63,310 bases of DNA, filler included, from Folioceros fuciformis (GCA_049999805.1; 22 parts of 22 records of this genome joined end to end with filler, not necessarily neighbours in it); one strand, 5' to 3'. Shown: positions 1-11,666, counted from the first letter of the whole stretch. Made by a program: numbers and translations. Notes: a model not told the origin generated them from the letters alone.

Positions 1-389
1 TGGTCGGTCTTTGTTTCTTACCAAGCCTGAACACACTTGTTCGTGTTCCAACAAGTGCGCTCCTGCCGGCTGCGTCGTCTACAGTGCCTGGTAGCTTGGT
101 GGGGATCGTGACGGCCCAGACGCCTGGGTGTGAGGTGCCGTGTTTCGCACGCACACTCGTGGGTGTCCTACTGGAGTGAGTCGCCGACAGTAGAGGCGTG
201 TTTGGCAGGCAAGAGGTGTATTCAGGTTCGCGAGGGTACTGGTAGAAGAAAGGTACGAATAGAGTCGCACACACACAACTAGGATAGGCCCTCCTTCGAG
301 GGAACGAAACCTGCTAGACTACACGACAGCGGGATAGGTGTGGCCGCTAGAGGGAAGCCCCTGGGTGTCCCCGGATTCTTTCCACCACA
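1..389 (+). mobile_element. 3' end of a long LTR (family A), ending CCACA
   Basis: Ends in ...TTCCACCACA directly against Copia coding sequence. Carries the GGGAACGAAACC..ACGACAG..GGG..GTGTGGCC motif shared with other LTR ends in the window. Confidence 0.65.
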
Positions 390-519
390 GGAGCCAAGAA
401 AGCCACATTTGCATGCAGTAAGGCAAACGTTGCGCAATGTGAAGGCAACTATGGATCATGCTTTCTTTTATGCTGCAGATTCAAAAATAAACTTGTGCGG
501 GTACACAGATTAGGATTGG
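390..519 (+). pseudogene. Ty1/Copia RT/RNase H junction remnant between two LTR ends
   Basis: Translates as EPRKPHLHAVRQTLRNVKAT...LCGYTD*DW, the Copia 'H..AVKRILRYLKGT...GY.DADW' region. Confidence 0.8.
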
Positions 520-1017
520 TGTGGAATGATTTCTTGCACCCAAGAACCACCCAAGGGGCCACACATTCCCCTATTGTCGTTGCAGTCCTATGGTTCGCTC
601 CCAAGGGAGTGAACTAGTGCCAAGGAACACTACCTATCACACTCCTACCTATCAGCCGGTCTATAGGTCTGTCTATACACTCACAACAAAAGGGCTAGAA
701 GCCTAGCCCACCCCCAAAGTCAGCTCGACCAACTCACACTCCTGTCCTTCAGTCCTTCAGCTCTTCTTGATTTCCACTTCAGCCACTTTCTCCTTCACCT
801 CAGCTCTGCAAACTTCCCACTTCAATCCCTTCCTCTTCACTTCAGTCCTCCCTCCTCCACTTCAGCAGCTCACTCTTCACTTCTATGCATTTCACTCCAA
901 CTCTTCCTCCCTTTTCTTCAGCTTTCTCCCCCCTGGAAATTAGGACACAATGGCTTCACTTCTTGCAGCCTTCAAGCATAGTGTGGATCTAGGACTGGAT
1001 AGCCCTCCAGCTCACGG
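520..1017 (-). mobile_element. LTR terminus (family C), homologous to 4811-4984
   Basis: TGTGGA...CTTGCACCCAAGAACCAC...GGTTCGCTCCCAAGGGAGTGAAC matches the reverse complement of 4880-4984. Confidence 0.7.
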
Positions 1018-1117
1018 NNNNNNNNNNNNNNNNNNNNNNNNNNNNNNNNNNNNNNNNNNNNTTAATTAATTAANNNNNNNNNNNNNNNNNNNNNNNNNNN
1101 NNNNNNNNNNNNNNNNN
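1018..1117. other. Artificial 100-nt contig spacer (N-TTAATTAATTAA-N); 21 such spacers occur in the window
   Basis: An identical N-run with a six-frame stop linker recurs at 1018, 2690, 4711, 6497, 7642, 8746, 10037, 12025, 21051, 26527, 28517, 32217, 33561, 37071, 41754, 43207, 49081, 50592, 55731, 60249 and 62151. Confidence 0.98.
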
Positions 1118-2689
1118 CTAGAGGAGCAAGCATGCCATCTGGCTGGTAGGAACTGGTCAGGGTAGGTTCACAGCGAGATGCTAGGCGGCGTGGCTGGTCT
1201 CGGCTGAGCATAGTGGCCTGGTTGGCTGCCTTAGGTAGCCGATCGCCCGGCCCAGAAACAGCCAAGAGGGGCCGGGATGGTGGCCGGCTGGGGTCAGATG
1301 ATTTAGAAGCCAGGCCGAACCACAGGAGTAGATTAGGATGAAGGTAGGCGAGCCGAGCAGACCGGACGTGAGGGGGGAATGGTCGCCTAGCCAGGTCTCG
1401 GCAGACGGCCCGGCTGACGACTGGCAACAAGGAGGCGAGCCCGAAATCGGGATTGTGGGGGAGACCCTTAAGGCTTGGCAAGCATCCCCGCCGGAGGACT
1501 GCTCGGCCAGGGACGTCTGGAGGATGGACCCTGGCTGGCGTGCATAGAACGGCCCGGTTGGCAGGATAGGCAGCCATGGACAGCAGCCAAGACAGGCTGC
1601 AGGAGTATCCAGCTGGCGGCGACCTGGCAGCTAGGGGTCTCTGGCTAGCTGGTTGGGCAAGCGGGACAAAGTGGATCTGAGGGGGGTTGGGCAATCTTCC
1701 TGGCTAGCTGTCTTAGCTAGGCGAATGCTCGGCCGCGAGCAACCGAGATGAGCCGTGACGGCTAGCCGAACAAGGGGGTTGCTGGTTAGAGATGGCGGTG
1801 AGGAGTTGGCGGTGAGGAGTCTGGTCAGCAACCCAGCCCGTTCCAATTGCAAGCGAGCAGTAGGCGGCCTACAGGCTGGTCGCCTGGCCAGATCCAGGCA
1901 AAGGCAGGCTGGCCAGTCGAGTCTGGTCGGCTGGCCAGCTAGCTGAATCAGGAAAATGGCAGGCGACTCGGCAACCAGGCGAGCTGACTGGATCCAGTCC
2001 CGATCAGCCGGAGACTGAGCAGCTGGGATAGTTGCAGTTTGGCTGGAAGCAGGGCTAGGGGAGTCACGGCGTGATGGCCGAATCCAGGCGATGGCTAAGG
2101 ATAAGCGGTTGGATCCGAGAGCACCAGGCGCGGACGGACTTGCACTTAGTGCACTGCAAACCAAGGATAGCGGCTTGTCCCAAATCCCGGTCAAACTAGG
2201 TGCAGTGCAGATCAACTGACCCCATCGACGATTCTGTATGGTCGTTCCTTCGAGTTGGACAGAATGGTCTTGACCGGATCTAGCAGCCGAAGACTGGCCA
2301 AATGGCTGGTTGAATAGCCAGTAGGCCTAATAGCCGATAGGCGGCTGCCCAGGGGAAAGACAAGGGAGTGTCCCGAGGGACACTCCAAGGATGACAGCCT
2401 GACACTGGAACACTGGTTGTAGACTACTGCCAGGCAATTTTAGGGCGTGGGCTGCCCCACCCAAGCATCGAAGGCAAGGGTAGTACACCCCCTGTACCAT
2501 GGCAGCCAGTGGCCGTAATTTGCATACGGCTTGCCATCCGCGGTTAGATGGTTGGAACTGACTTGCTACCGCAGGCGGAGGGCCGGATGCTACTTGCGGC
2601 GATGATGGATGGTGTGTGCCATGCCAGGACGCGACGCCCTGGGCTATCCGCTCAAGGGCATCAGTCCAGCAGCTTGGAGGGTGGTCCGC
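1118..2689. repeat. GC-rich low-complexity repeat-family sequence (GGCTGG/CAGCC-rich), probably non-coding retrotransposon LTR or internal DNA
   Basis: 1770-1860 is similar to 6640-6730. The ORFs here are compositionally biased and carry no domain. Confidence 0.5.
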
Positions 2690-2789
2690 NNNNNNNNNNN
2701 NNNNNNNNNNNNNNNNNNNNNNNNNNNNNNNNNTTAATTAATTAANNNNNNNNNNNNNNNNNNNNNNNNNNNNNNNNNNNNNNNNNNNN

Positions 2790-3249
2790 AGATACCCAAG
2801 AGGGGAGTGTGTTCCCTTCTTCCTTTTGTTTGGGGTTAGTCTAGTGACTCTTGCCGGGTAGGAGGAGTCAGTAGGGAAGTGTAGAAGGTAGTGATGTCAT
2901 TGTTAGTTGCTGGTGTTGGTGCTGGAGTGAGAGAGTGAGTGAAGTGTGTGAGGGAAGTCGCAGATCTGAGAGGTTAGAGTCGTTGTAGTCACTGGAGTGA
3001 GTTTGTGGGCACCGAGAGAGGTGCAGCTGACCGCTGAATAGCGAGGCCTGTTCTACGCCTGATCAGAGCTGGAGGGGAGCCCTCGAATCCATCATCGAGT
3101 CGATCAAGTCCGACCCTCCATCCACAACAGCAAGGAACCCCATCGCTCCTTCGTGGGAACGAAACCCAATGTCTCAACGACAATGGGATAAGTGTGGCCA
3201 CTAAAGGTGGAACCCGTTGGCAATCAGTGCCCGGGGTTTTGCCTCCACA
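2790..3249 (+). mobile_element. 3' part of a long LTR (family B), probably a 5' LTR
   Basis: Near-identical to the reverse complement of 36656-37070, 40582-41030 and 47748-48215. Ends GCCTCCACA and is followed by a PBS. Confidence 0.8.
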
Positions 3250-3261
3250 AGTCTTCCAACT

Positions 3262-3273
3262 TGGTATCAGAGC
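3262..3273 (+). promoter_or_regulatory. tRNA-iMet primer-binding site
   Basis: TGGTATCAGAGC, 12 nt after the LTR-B end. Confidence 0.75.
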
Positions 3274-4810
3274 CCTAGGCTCTAGGACCATCTCCATGGT
3301 CTCCAGGCATTATGTTTAGATCATGGAGTAGTTCATACATTTAGATGTGTGAATGATAGTTTAGTCAAAAAGCAAACGCTAGAAACAATTCTTGAATGGG
3401 ATCTAAAGGGGTATAAGCAAATGGCATTTAAATGAGAAAGTAGAGGAGAAGGAGCCCTAAACGCTTCTTTTCCCTCCACCGCTTTCTCTACAAGCCATCC
3501 TTTGCAAGTCTCCTCTTCTACACTAGATTCCCAATTCACAAATGGCAAGGAATCATCGCCGCTCTCAAGCTTCATTAAGACAAAGTGTTGAAGATCGGGA
3601 TCGAACTCGTGGACGCCCACATTGCAGCAGCATTGAAAGGAGGATTGGGCATTCTTACTCACCGAGATCACATCGTCTTCTCGGCGACAACTGGCTGGAT
3701 AATCTCTTCCACACGTTGCAAGAACAAGGATGGACTCCACCGGCAAAATGCCATACTGGCAACATCGAATTGACGTCAAGTCACTCTCGATCTTTCTCTA
3801 ATAGTCAACAGGGAAGAACAAGTGCGCAAACGAGAAGAGATGAAACCGTTGATCTCGTCGTCTCTTCTTCAAGCTTGAGTTCGGCACTTCATTCAAGCTC
3901 TCCACGAATGCGTGGAGGACATCAAACAACCACGTGTCCAGGCAATTCACTTGCAAAAGAACAACCACTTAACTCCGTTGCATGGGGAGAAAGCGATGAG
4001 GAATTGCTGCTAATCTCCCCATCTGTACGTCATTCCAAGCAAAGTTTGAGACGCCAAGCGACTTCCTCACGTCCAAGCGCCTCACACTGTGGCTGTCCCC
4101 CCAAGATTGCCTGTGAATTTGCTCCAAATCAAGAGGAATTGGACTCTGGTGTGTTGGTGCAGGATCAGCACGATGTTGCTTCAATTCCTAACTGCATTTC
4201 AGATGTAAGATCGCCCATCCAGGGCGCACGGATCCATGCAGGAGTCGCCCACAATTGCACATCCAAAGCCGAGATTTGGACGGGCGCGCCGGTGGCTGGA
4301 GCGGATGCTACGCTTGTGCCCGTGGGTGGAGGAAACTTGCCCCCGCGCGCGGGGGAGGAGCCGGGATGCATAACCGCCCCCGTTCGCCAACCGGTACAGC
4401 CAGTATCCAACTTAAGTTGGATATCGGTTTGGGCTGAACCGGTATCCAACTTAAGTTGGAAACCGGAACGGGACGGTGCACCCGTTCGCGTGAACGGTGC
4501 ACCCGTTCTTCGAACGGATGCGACCCCCCCGTAATGTGAACGGTCCCCATGATTATGCTCCCAATTTCTCTACTTATAAGGCTTCTGGTGGTGATTTAAA
4601 AACAGAATTTCCTGGCGATTCTTGTGGAGTTCCTCCTCAACCTCGACGGTTCCTTGCTATGCGATGCGTGCCACCTAAGCACGATTTCCAATCAAACACC
4701 TCCAAGTTGANNNNNNNNNNNNNNNNNNNNNNNNNNNNNNNNNNNNNNNNNNNNTTAATTAATTAANNNNNNNNNNNNNNNNNNNNNNNNNNNNNNNNNN
4801 NNNNNNNNNN

Positions 4811-4984
4811 TGCGGTTAGGTCTAGGGATCGGTTGATAGTTAGGGTTAGATTAGGGCAGAGTGGGGGAAGTTGTAGAAAACCTTGACACTGGTTCACTCC
4901 CTTGGGAGCGAACCCTAGTACTACGACGATAACCAAGGGGAGGTGTGGCCCTTGGTGGTTCTTGGGTGCAAGTTCCACTCCACA
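4811..4984 (+). mobile_element. LTR 3' end (family C) inserted in a Copia integrase
   Basis: Ends CTCCACA against the Copia HLRIFGCPA codons. Homologous to 520-625. Confidence 0.7.
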
Positions 4985-5221
4985 GCAGGGCATCCAAAGA
5001 TACGAAGATGAGAGATAAGGGGCTTACTCCCATGCCAACACTCATAAGGAGTCCGGCTGGTAACGGACTTGGAAAGCACCATGTTATAAGCAACAGTGTT
5101 GACAGCTTCGGCCCAGAAGGACTTAGGCAATTGGGATTGAGCGAGCATAGCTCGCGCCATGGCCAAAAGATCACCATTGGTTTTTTCGCAACTCCATTTT
5201 GCTGAGAGGTATAGGGAACCC
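4985..5221 (-). pseudogene. Ty1/Copia integrase C-terminal fragment
   Basis: VPYTSQQNGV, then (frameshifted) ARAMLAQSQLPKSFWAEAVNT...TPYECWHGSKP..SHLRIFGCPA. Confidence 0.9.
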
Positions 5222-6596
5222 CTCGTAACCATCCTTTATAAGCCCACCTATGAACCAAACATATTGTTTTGTTAATAAAGCATTTGCTTGATGCAAGACG
5301 CTTCCGCATATGTATCTCTAACTCCCAGTCCCCTTCAATCAAAAACATGTTCACTAGCATCCCCATAAGCTCCAACGGCTTCTAGTATGGGAAGACGACC
5401 ATCGAATCTACCGAGTGAAAAAGGTGCTTTTTCACAACAGCACCATGCCTTATCACTCTCGGCAGTAGAAAACCCTGATTCATGAATAAGGTTGCTTTGG
5501 TGGTCTGAGCTTCCAAGTGGACTGCACTGCCACTGTCAGGTACTCGTGGAACGGCGCACTCCAGCCACATGTTGCGCCTAAGCAGCCAGGGTGCTTGAAG
5601 TGTGCCGGTAGATCGGCGCACTCCGGCCACAGTCTGACCTCAGTCCTTCACAAGGGCTGGAGTGCGCTGGTAGACCAGCGCACTCCAGCCACTGACCAAG
5701 CCAATCCGGTGAGTATCCAAGGTTAGTCGAGATTGAAGAAGGAAATAAAAGGAAACTTACCACTTTCGCGAAAGCCGTCTGGAATCGAAGAAGATTCGCA
5801 TCTTCGGTGTGCTTGGGGTAGATCTGTTCGGTTTCTTCAAAGGTCGCGCACTTCAACGCTATGCGGAATGCGTGCTATATCAGATGGATCTTCTTCCTCT
5901 TGCCCACCTCTGCGTCCATATCCTTTAGCTGGAGCTTCTCTTATATGACCTTCTACGTCATTGCAATCATCATTTCTTCTCCTTTTGCCCTTGCTGGAAC
6001 CCCTTGAAAGGCCCTCCAAGGCCTACCCTGCATTGTCGTTATCTTCTTGGTGGACTTGTCAGCGACCGGAGTGCTACTGGAAGCTATGCCAGCTTCCCCT
6101 GGCTTCCTCTTCGCTTTTGCCCGCTTCTTCATGCCTGTGCTCCCTCATGCTACTTGTTCCGGAAGCTCACTCCTCTTCCACATCTTAAAGATCCTGTCCA
6201 CGTTCTCTCACAGGACTCCGCTGCACCTTGCCACCCGATATGGCAGTGTCTGTCTATCCACCATCTTCTGGACCCAGTCAGTATCCCTTGGGTCACCTGC
6301 CTCATCAGTCATCCCAAGCAACCTGTACATATTGAATTTCCACTTCACTGGTGGCTTCTCGTCCAGGTCGTGGCTCCTGTAGAAAATATCCAACTCGTCA
6401 TGAATATATCTTACTTGTTCAATGAAGCCCATTCTCTTCCGTTTGTCGGCAAACACATTGTGATCAACAGCGAGGACTCGCATTTCCTCATCCGTGNNNN
6501 NNNNNNNNNNNNNNNNNNNNNNNNNNNNNNNNNNNNNNNNTTAATTAATTAANNNNNNNNNNNNNNNNNNNNNNNNNNNNNNNNNNNNNNNNNNNN

Positions 6597-7641
6597 GGCG
6601 GGCCTCGGCATGATCTAGCTGCAGGCAGGCTGGTGGTTGAGATCTGGCAAGGGGGGTTTACTAGCTGGAGGTGGTGGTTGAGGGGTCTAGCCAGCGGCCC
6701 AGCCCGCCCCAGCTGCGAGCAGACAGTGGGTGAGCCTGTGGGCGGGCTGCCTGGCTAGATCTGGGAGGCCAGGCCAACCGGCAGGCAGCCCGGAGGATGG
6801 CCGGGCCAGTAGCTCCCCAGCTGCGAGCAGACAGCGGGTGAGCCTGTGGGCGGCCTGCCTGGCTAGATCTGGGAGGCCAGGCCGGCCGGCAGGCAGCCCC
6901 GAGGATGGCCAGGCCAGCAGCTGTTGGCTAGCAGAGCCGGTCGGCTGGTCGAGGCTGGGCCAGTCAGAGGCTGCAGCGGCTGCAGATGGCTAGATCTGGG
7001 CTGCCCAGCAGGAGCTCGTAAGAAGCAGCCAAGCCCGGCCAGGCAACCAGGCGAGGCTGCCAAATCCAGGAGGTCGACAGAGTAGGCAGGTCGGGGCCGA
7101 ATTTGGAAGCCGGGCAGTGGCCTGGCTGCAGGATCCCAAGCAGGGGTTGGCAGTGCAGGATGGTGGGATCCAGACAGGTTGGCCTGGATTGTGGGGTGGA
7201 CAGGCGGCCTGGGCTAAGCGGCTAGGAGGGTGTCGTGTGGCCGGCTAGCCGGATCCAGGAAGCAGGCGGTAGGCAGGCGGCTTGCAGGGGCTGGCAAGCA
7301 GCCTGGCTGCTGAGGGTGGGCAGGGGCCTCAACAGCGCAGAAACTCGGCTGCAAGCAAGTAGCCAGGACCAGCTGCGCGTGGATCTAGGATGGTCAGGCC
7401 TGGGCAGGACTAGCGGATTGAGCTGGGGCCGACCTGGCTGCAGCTGAAGGTGGTCAGGCAGAGCAAAATCCAGACATGTCCGGCTGCTGGAGTCCAAGTA
7501 GGCAGCTGGGATGACCCAAGTCGACCAAGCGAGCCTCGGGTTGATCCAGGTTGTGCTTGCACTGCTGGCTGGCAAGTGAGGTTCAGGCTAGGCGGCCGCT
7601 AGCCAGCTACAGAGGTAGATCGGGACGTAGCAGGATGGCTA
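6597..7641. repeat. GC-rich repeat-family sequence with a ~108-bp direct duplication (6707-6922)
   Basis: CCCCAGCTGCGAGCAGACAG...GGATGGCC occurs at 6707 and 6815. Related to 1118-2689. Confidence 0.6.
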
Positions 7642-7754
7642 NNNNNNNNNNNNNNNNNNNNNNNNNNNNNNNNNNNNNNNNNNNNTTAATTAATTAANNN
7701 NNNNNNNNNNNNNNNNNNNNNNNNNNNNNNNNNNNNNNNNNTAGTCGAGTTCAA

Positions 7755-8378
7755 CTAGGCAAGACGGGATCGAAGTTGTCGAAACTTGCTGGTGTGGGTA
7801 GCCACACTGTCACCCTCTCGCATTTTCAAGGTATAGAATTCATGTTTCACTGTGCACTTAGTCATCATAGTCCGGACAGCATAAGTATTATTGAGCTGAC
7901 TCCAAATCTGATGTGCCTTGGTAAGGTATTCCACGTCAAGAATCAGCACTTCGTCAAGGCCTGTAATCAAGATGGCAACAACAATTTCGTTCATTGTGTT
8001 CCATTTGTCTACATCAGCCTGTGTAACTTGAGTGCCTCCACTTGTGGTAGTGGTTCCAGCAGCAGGAAGCACAGGCTCCACATATGTGCCGTCAACAACC
8101 GTCCACACGCCTCTTGCACGTAATGTAGTCTGCATTCAAACTTTCCATACTTTGAATTTAGTTCCATTGAACCTGTCAAGGCCTCTGAGGTCTGTTGTGA
8201 AGAATGGAGTAGAGGAAGACATGCTGACTACAAATTGTGGCTGTACAGGAGGAAGAGGTGGAGGTGTCGGGGGAATAGGGGCCAGATTAGGTGGTGCACT
8301 GAAAGGATGCACAGATTCTCGTCGACGACGGAGATGAGGTGATAGAGGAAAATTTAAAAAATGGTCTCTCGTAGACAT
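7755..8378 (-). pseudogene. Ty1/Copia gag (UBN2-type) N-terminal part with a Pro-rich leader
   Basis: LDRFNGTKFKVWKV*MQTTLRARGVWTVVDG...FYTLKMREGDSVATH; one in-frame stop. Confidence 0.85.
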
Positions 8379-8845
8379 ACATTAGGGAATTCACTACAAA
8401 ACAATTAGGGACAATTAGATCTGAAAAGACATTTTTTTTTTAGGGTTTCAGCAAAAAAAGTCTAACTTAAACTACTGCCTTCTTTTGTAGGGCACGTTTG
8501 GATTCAGGTGAAGCGGTTAGTAACCGCCAATGAAAATGAATTAGCAGAAGAAAGGGGCCTGAAAACCACGAAAATCAACAGACATCTGAATGCAAAGTGC
8601 CTACACTAGAAAAGGGTAGCAAATGTCAGTTCAATTTGATCGCTCCTCGTCAAAGAAGCAAAGGGCAATGTTCAAAATCTCAAATTGTCTACAAAATTGA
8701 CTAATTTCAAATGAAAATTTAGAGATTAATTTCTGAATTTTAAAANNNNNNNNNNNNNNNNNNNNNNNNNNNNNNNNNNNNNNNNNNNNTTAATTAATTA
8801 ANNNNNNNNNNNNNNNNNNNNNNNNNNNNNNNNNNNNNNNNNNNN

Positions 8846-9849
8846 TCCATGTTGTGGACTAGCACATCATCAATGTAGCACATGAGATAGCCAGCTCCAG
8901 CTAGTACTATGTCCATGATGTGCTGAAAGGTCACTGGCGCATTCTTGAATCCAAAGGGCATCACTAGCCATTCCCATAGTTGTTGAGAACCATGGAAGGC
9001 TGTCTTCTTGATATCTTCAGCTGCCACTGGGACCTGGTTAAACCCTTGTCGCAGGTCCAGCGTGGAGAAGAACATAGACTGTCCAAGACGGTCAAAGATC
9101 TCCTCTGGTGTCGGCATTGGGTACTGATCCTGGGCAATTACTGCATTGATGGGCCTATAGTTGCCACACATCCTCTTCTCAGTCCACAAACCCTGGCTAT
9201 CCTTTTTGGGTGGCATCACAGTGGCAGCAGCGTAGTCACTGTTAGAGGGACGTATTAGGTTTGCCTCATACAGTTCCTTGCATCTTGCATCCACCATGTC
9301 CCATTCCGTCTTGCTCAACCTATACCGTCGCCTATATACAGGCTCTTGGGTGGTAAGGTTGATGCGAAAGGTTGTGACATTGCACCTCTTGAGCTCATGC
9401 ATGGAAAAGGCAAAACAGTCCCTGTACCTAAGCAGCAAGTTACAAATGCAGTCCTGTTGCTTCAGGCTGAGTTCTAAGCCCATCTTCCAAGGGAAATTAA
9501 TAGCAGACAGCTTGGGTGTAGCTCCTAGATCCTCCTTTTCTGCCTTGGCTTGATCAAATGCTGAGTAAACAGTACGTGATGCCAATACTGCGTACTCCAC
9601 CCCCCTAGCATCTAGCCAGAAAGGCAGTTGTGTGTATCCTGGGAATGGGAGGTGAACAGCATCTCCAAGGCAGATGCTAGCAAACAAGCCTGGGAGTAGC
9701 ATGGGAGTGATATGAGTGTGCAGCTGAAAGGCAAGGCACAAACTCACCAACCATGTGATGGCATGGAGGTCCATGGCTCGTCCTAGAGTGCCCTTGCGCT
9801 GCCGATTGGTGACAGTAGGGGCCGCTGTACTATGGGTTTGAAAACCCAT
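8846..9849 (-). mobile_element. Ty3/Gypsy pol fragment (reverse transcriptase)
   Basis: RMCGNYRPIN, YPMPTPEEIFD, LDLRQGFNQ, VMPFGFKNAP and YIDDVL motifs. Confidence 0.95.
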
Positions 9850-10583
9850 GAGTCACTCTCGCTCCTCAACTGTTGGTTCTTCCCACCGTTGCGTTTCAGT
9901 ATTCAATAATAAGCCAGCTCCTTCACCTCTGTAAGCAAATGAACCCGGAAAGCTGACCAGCGTGGGCAACGTCTGCCTTGGCTGACCTGGAATGTTGGTC
10001 TTGAACCAAGGGGCTTTCTCACTGGCCACCACAGGTNNNNNNNNNNNNNNNNNNNNNNNNNNNNNNNNNNNNNNNNNNNNTTAATTAATTAANNNNNNNN
10101 NNNNNNNNNNNNNNNNNNNNNNNNNNNNNNNNNNNNGGTTCACAGTTTTGAATCCAAAATAATTCCCCTAGTGCACTAGTTTTGAATCCAAAATAATTAC
10201 CCCACTGCCCTAGTTCTGAATATGAAATAAATCCTTGTGGCTATGAGAGGTATCCCCACTCCACTCCTCTTCTCGAGCCAACCATGGGGGTATCCATGTT
10301 ATTCTCCCTAAGTGGGAGGGAGGGACAACAATTATTCAAGGTACCTTTAACTTGCTAAGAAGGAAAGTAGGAAATAACAATAGGAACCTGTAATCAAGTA
10401 CATGCGACCTAAATAAATTCTAGTAAGCAAGAGAGTCTAATTGTGTGTAAACTTGTAGTACTCAATGATGCTATGAAAAGTTCATAACTCGAGATACCCA
10501 CGTTAGACATAGAAGATGGGAACCTGGTGAAAATGGTTACTCCCATCATGTACCCGGTTTAGTGATATCCATGATCATGAACT

Positions 10584-10800
10584 TCAAACATCCGCATAAA
10601 ATATCATAACGCAGCCATCATAAACAACCTTGTATTCTAAGAGTGTATAACTACTAAAATTGTCTGCTACTTTCCTTGGAGGGTTAAGAATAACATGTTC
10701 GTAAATGGTACCCCAGGTTGGATCAATAACAACTACATGTGCAACAAAAACTTGATCCCCCCTGGTCAAAAATCAATCAAGCCAAAGGGGTCACCCCATT
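10584..10800 (-). pseudogene. Decayed remnant resembling the C-terminal endonuclease region of a CRE/RLE-type non-LTR element
   Basis: DQVFVAHVVVIDPT resembles the D-V-x-I/V-x-D-P endonuclease segment of such elements. The match is short and degenerate. Confidence 0.35.
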
Positions 10801-10967
10801 AAGCAAGATGTAGGAAATTCTCTAATTGACAAAAATCTTCATCCCATAGCAATGGAGTACATGACATCTTGGACGGCAGTGTGCGAAGTAATGCGCTACC
10901 ATCCCACATTACATCAAGTCAAGTGTATCTCTTAACTTTGTTTCTATTCTCATTTATCTAAGAGTTT

Positions 10968-10970
<3 letters not shown>

Positions 10971-11006
<36 letters not shown>
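10971..11006. repeat. (AT)n microsatellite
   Basis: Uninterrupted AT run. Confidence 0.95.
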
Positions 11007-11009
<3 letters not shown>

Positions 11010-11154
11010 TGATACTAAAAACTTGTTGCAATAAATTTTAAATATCTTAAAACATTATTAAAACTTAATTAAAAATTAAAGAATAGATTTTGTTCCATTT
11101 GTCCTGAGTAAGAATAAAATTCATTCTTCATGTAATTTAATTAAACATGTATTT

Positions 11155-11666
11155 TTATTTTTCTGTTAACTCACGATAACCTAACCAATTTAATGGAGAT
11201 CGATAATTGTAAGATGCCATGTAACTCATCAATACTTGAATTGGTTTATCAGAGGGCCATAGTTGTAAGCACTCCTCTAACTTTTGTAGTGCAATATCCC
11301 ATTTGCCTTGTATGTAGTTATCCACAGCAGACTCAAAGAGGTCTCGATAATCTGATGGGTGTCCTTTTAAATCTTGTTGAAATAATGGCAAATCATAAGT
11401 ATATAAAAATAATGGCTCCACACTTCCTTTTACTGTAACTCGATCAAGTTTTCTACAAGAAACTCTCAAACTGCTTTTTGTTAGATGAGAGATCACTGTC
11501 TCTGAAATCAAGATCATGACTCCATATTGTTTTGTTGCTGCCTCCAAGCGAGATGCCATGTTAACATGAGGGGAGAGATAGGAAGGATCAACTTTATGCG
11601 AAGACCCAATTGCTCCTTCAATTGCCCAACCTACATGCAATCCAAATCCCATGTGTATCCTATAAC
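11155..11666 (-). CDS. CAPE: Terminal exon of a class III adenylyl cyclase (CAPE-like, combined AC-phosphodiesterase type)
   Basis: Catalytic motifs MGFGLHVGWAIEGAIGSSHKVDPSYLSPHVNMASRLE..TKQYG and LDRVTVKGS, followed by a helical tail ending WLGYRELTEK*. Preceded by the acceptor cattttcag (phase 1) at 11667. Confidence 0.85.

Noticed and set aside
590-605. GGTTCGCTCCC as part of a tRNA or SINE
   Set aside because: No A-box or cloverleaf; it is part of the shared LTR-terminal motif.
1062-1073. Recurrent TTAATTAATTAA and ORFs ending XXXXLIN
   Set aside because: Artificial assembly linker.
1118-2689. Long ORFs on both strands in GC-rich DNA (also 6597-7641)
   Set aside because: Stop-poor composition, Ala/Arg/Pro/Ser bias and no domains; probably spurious.
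3542-4534. 330-aa ORF downstream of the PBS as a candidate gag
   Set aside because: No capsid or zinc-knuckle motif, and it runs through the palindromic repeats; likely non-coding.
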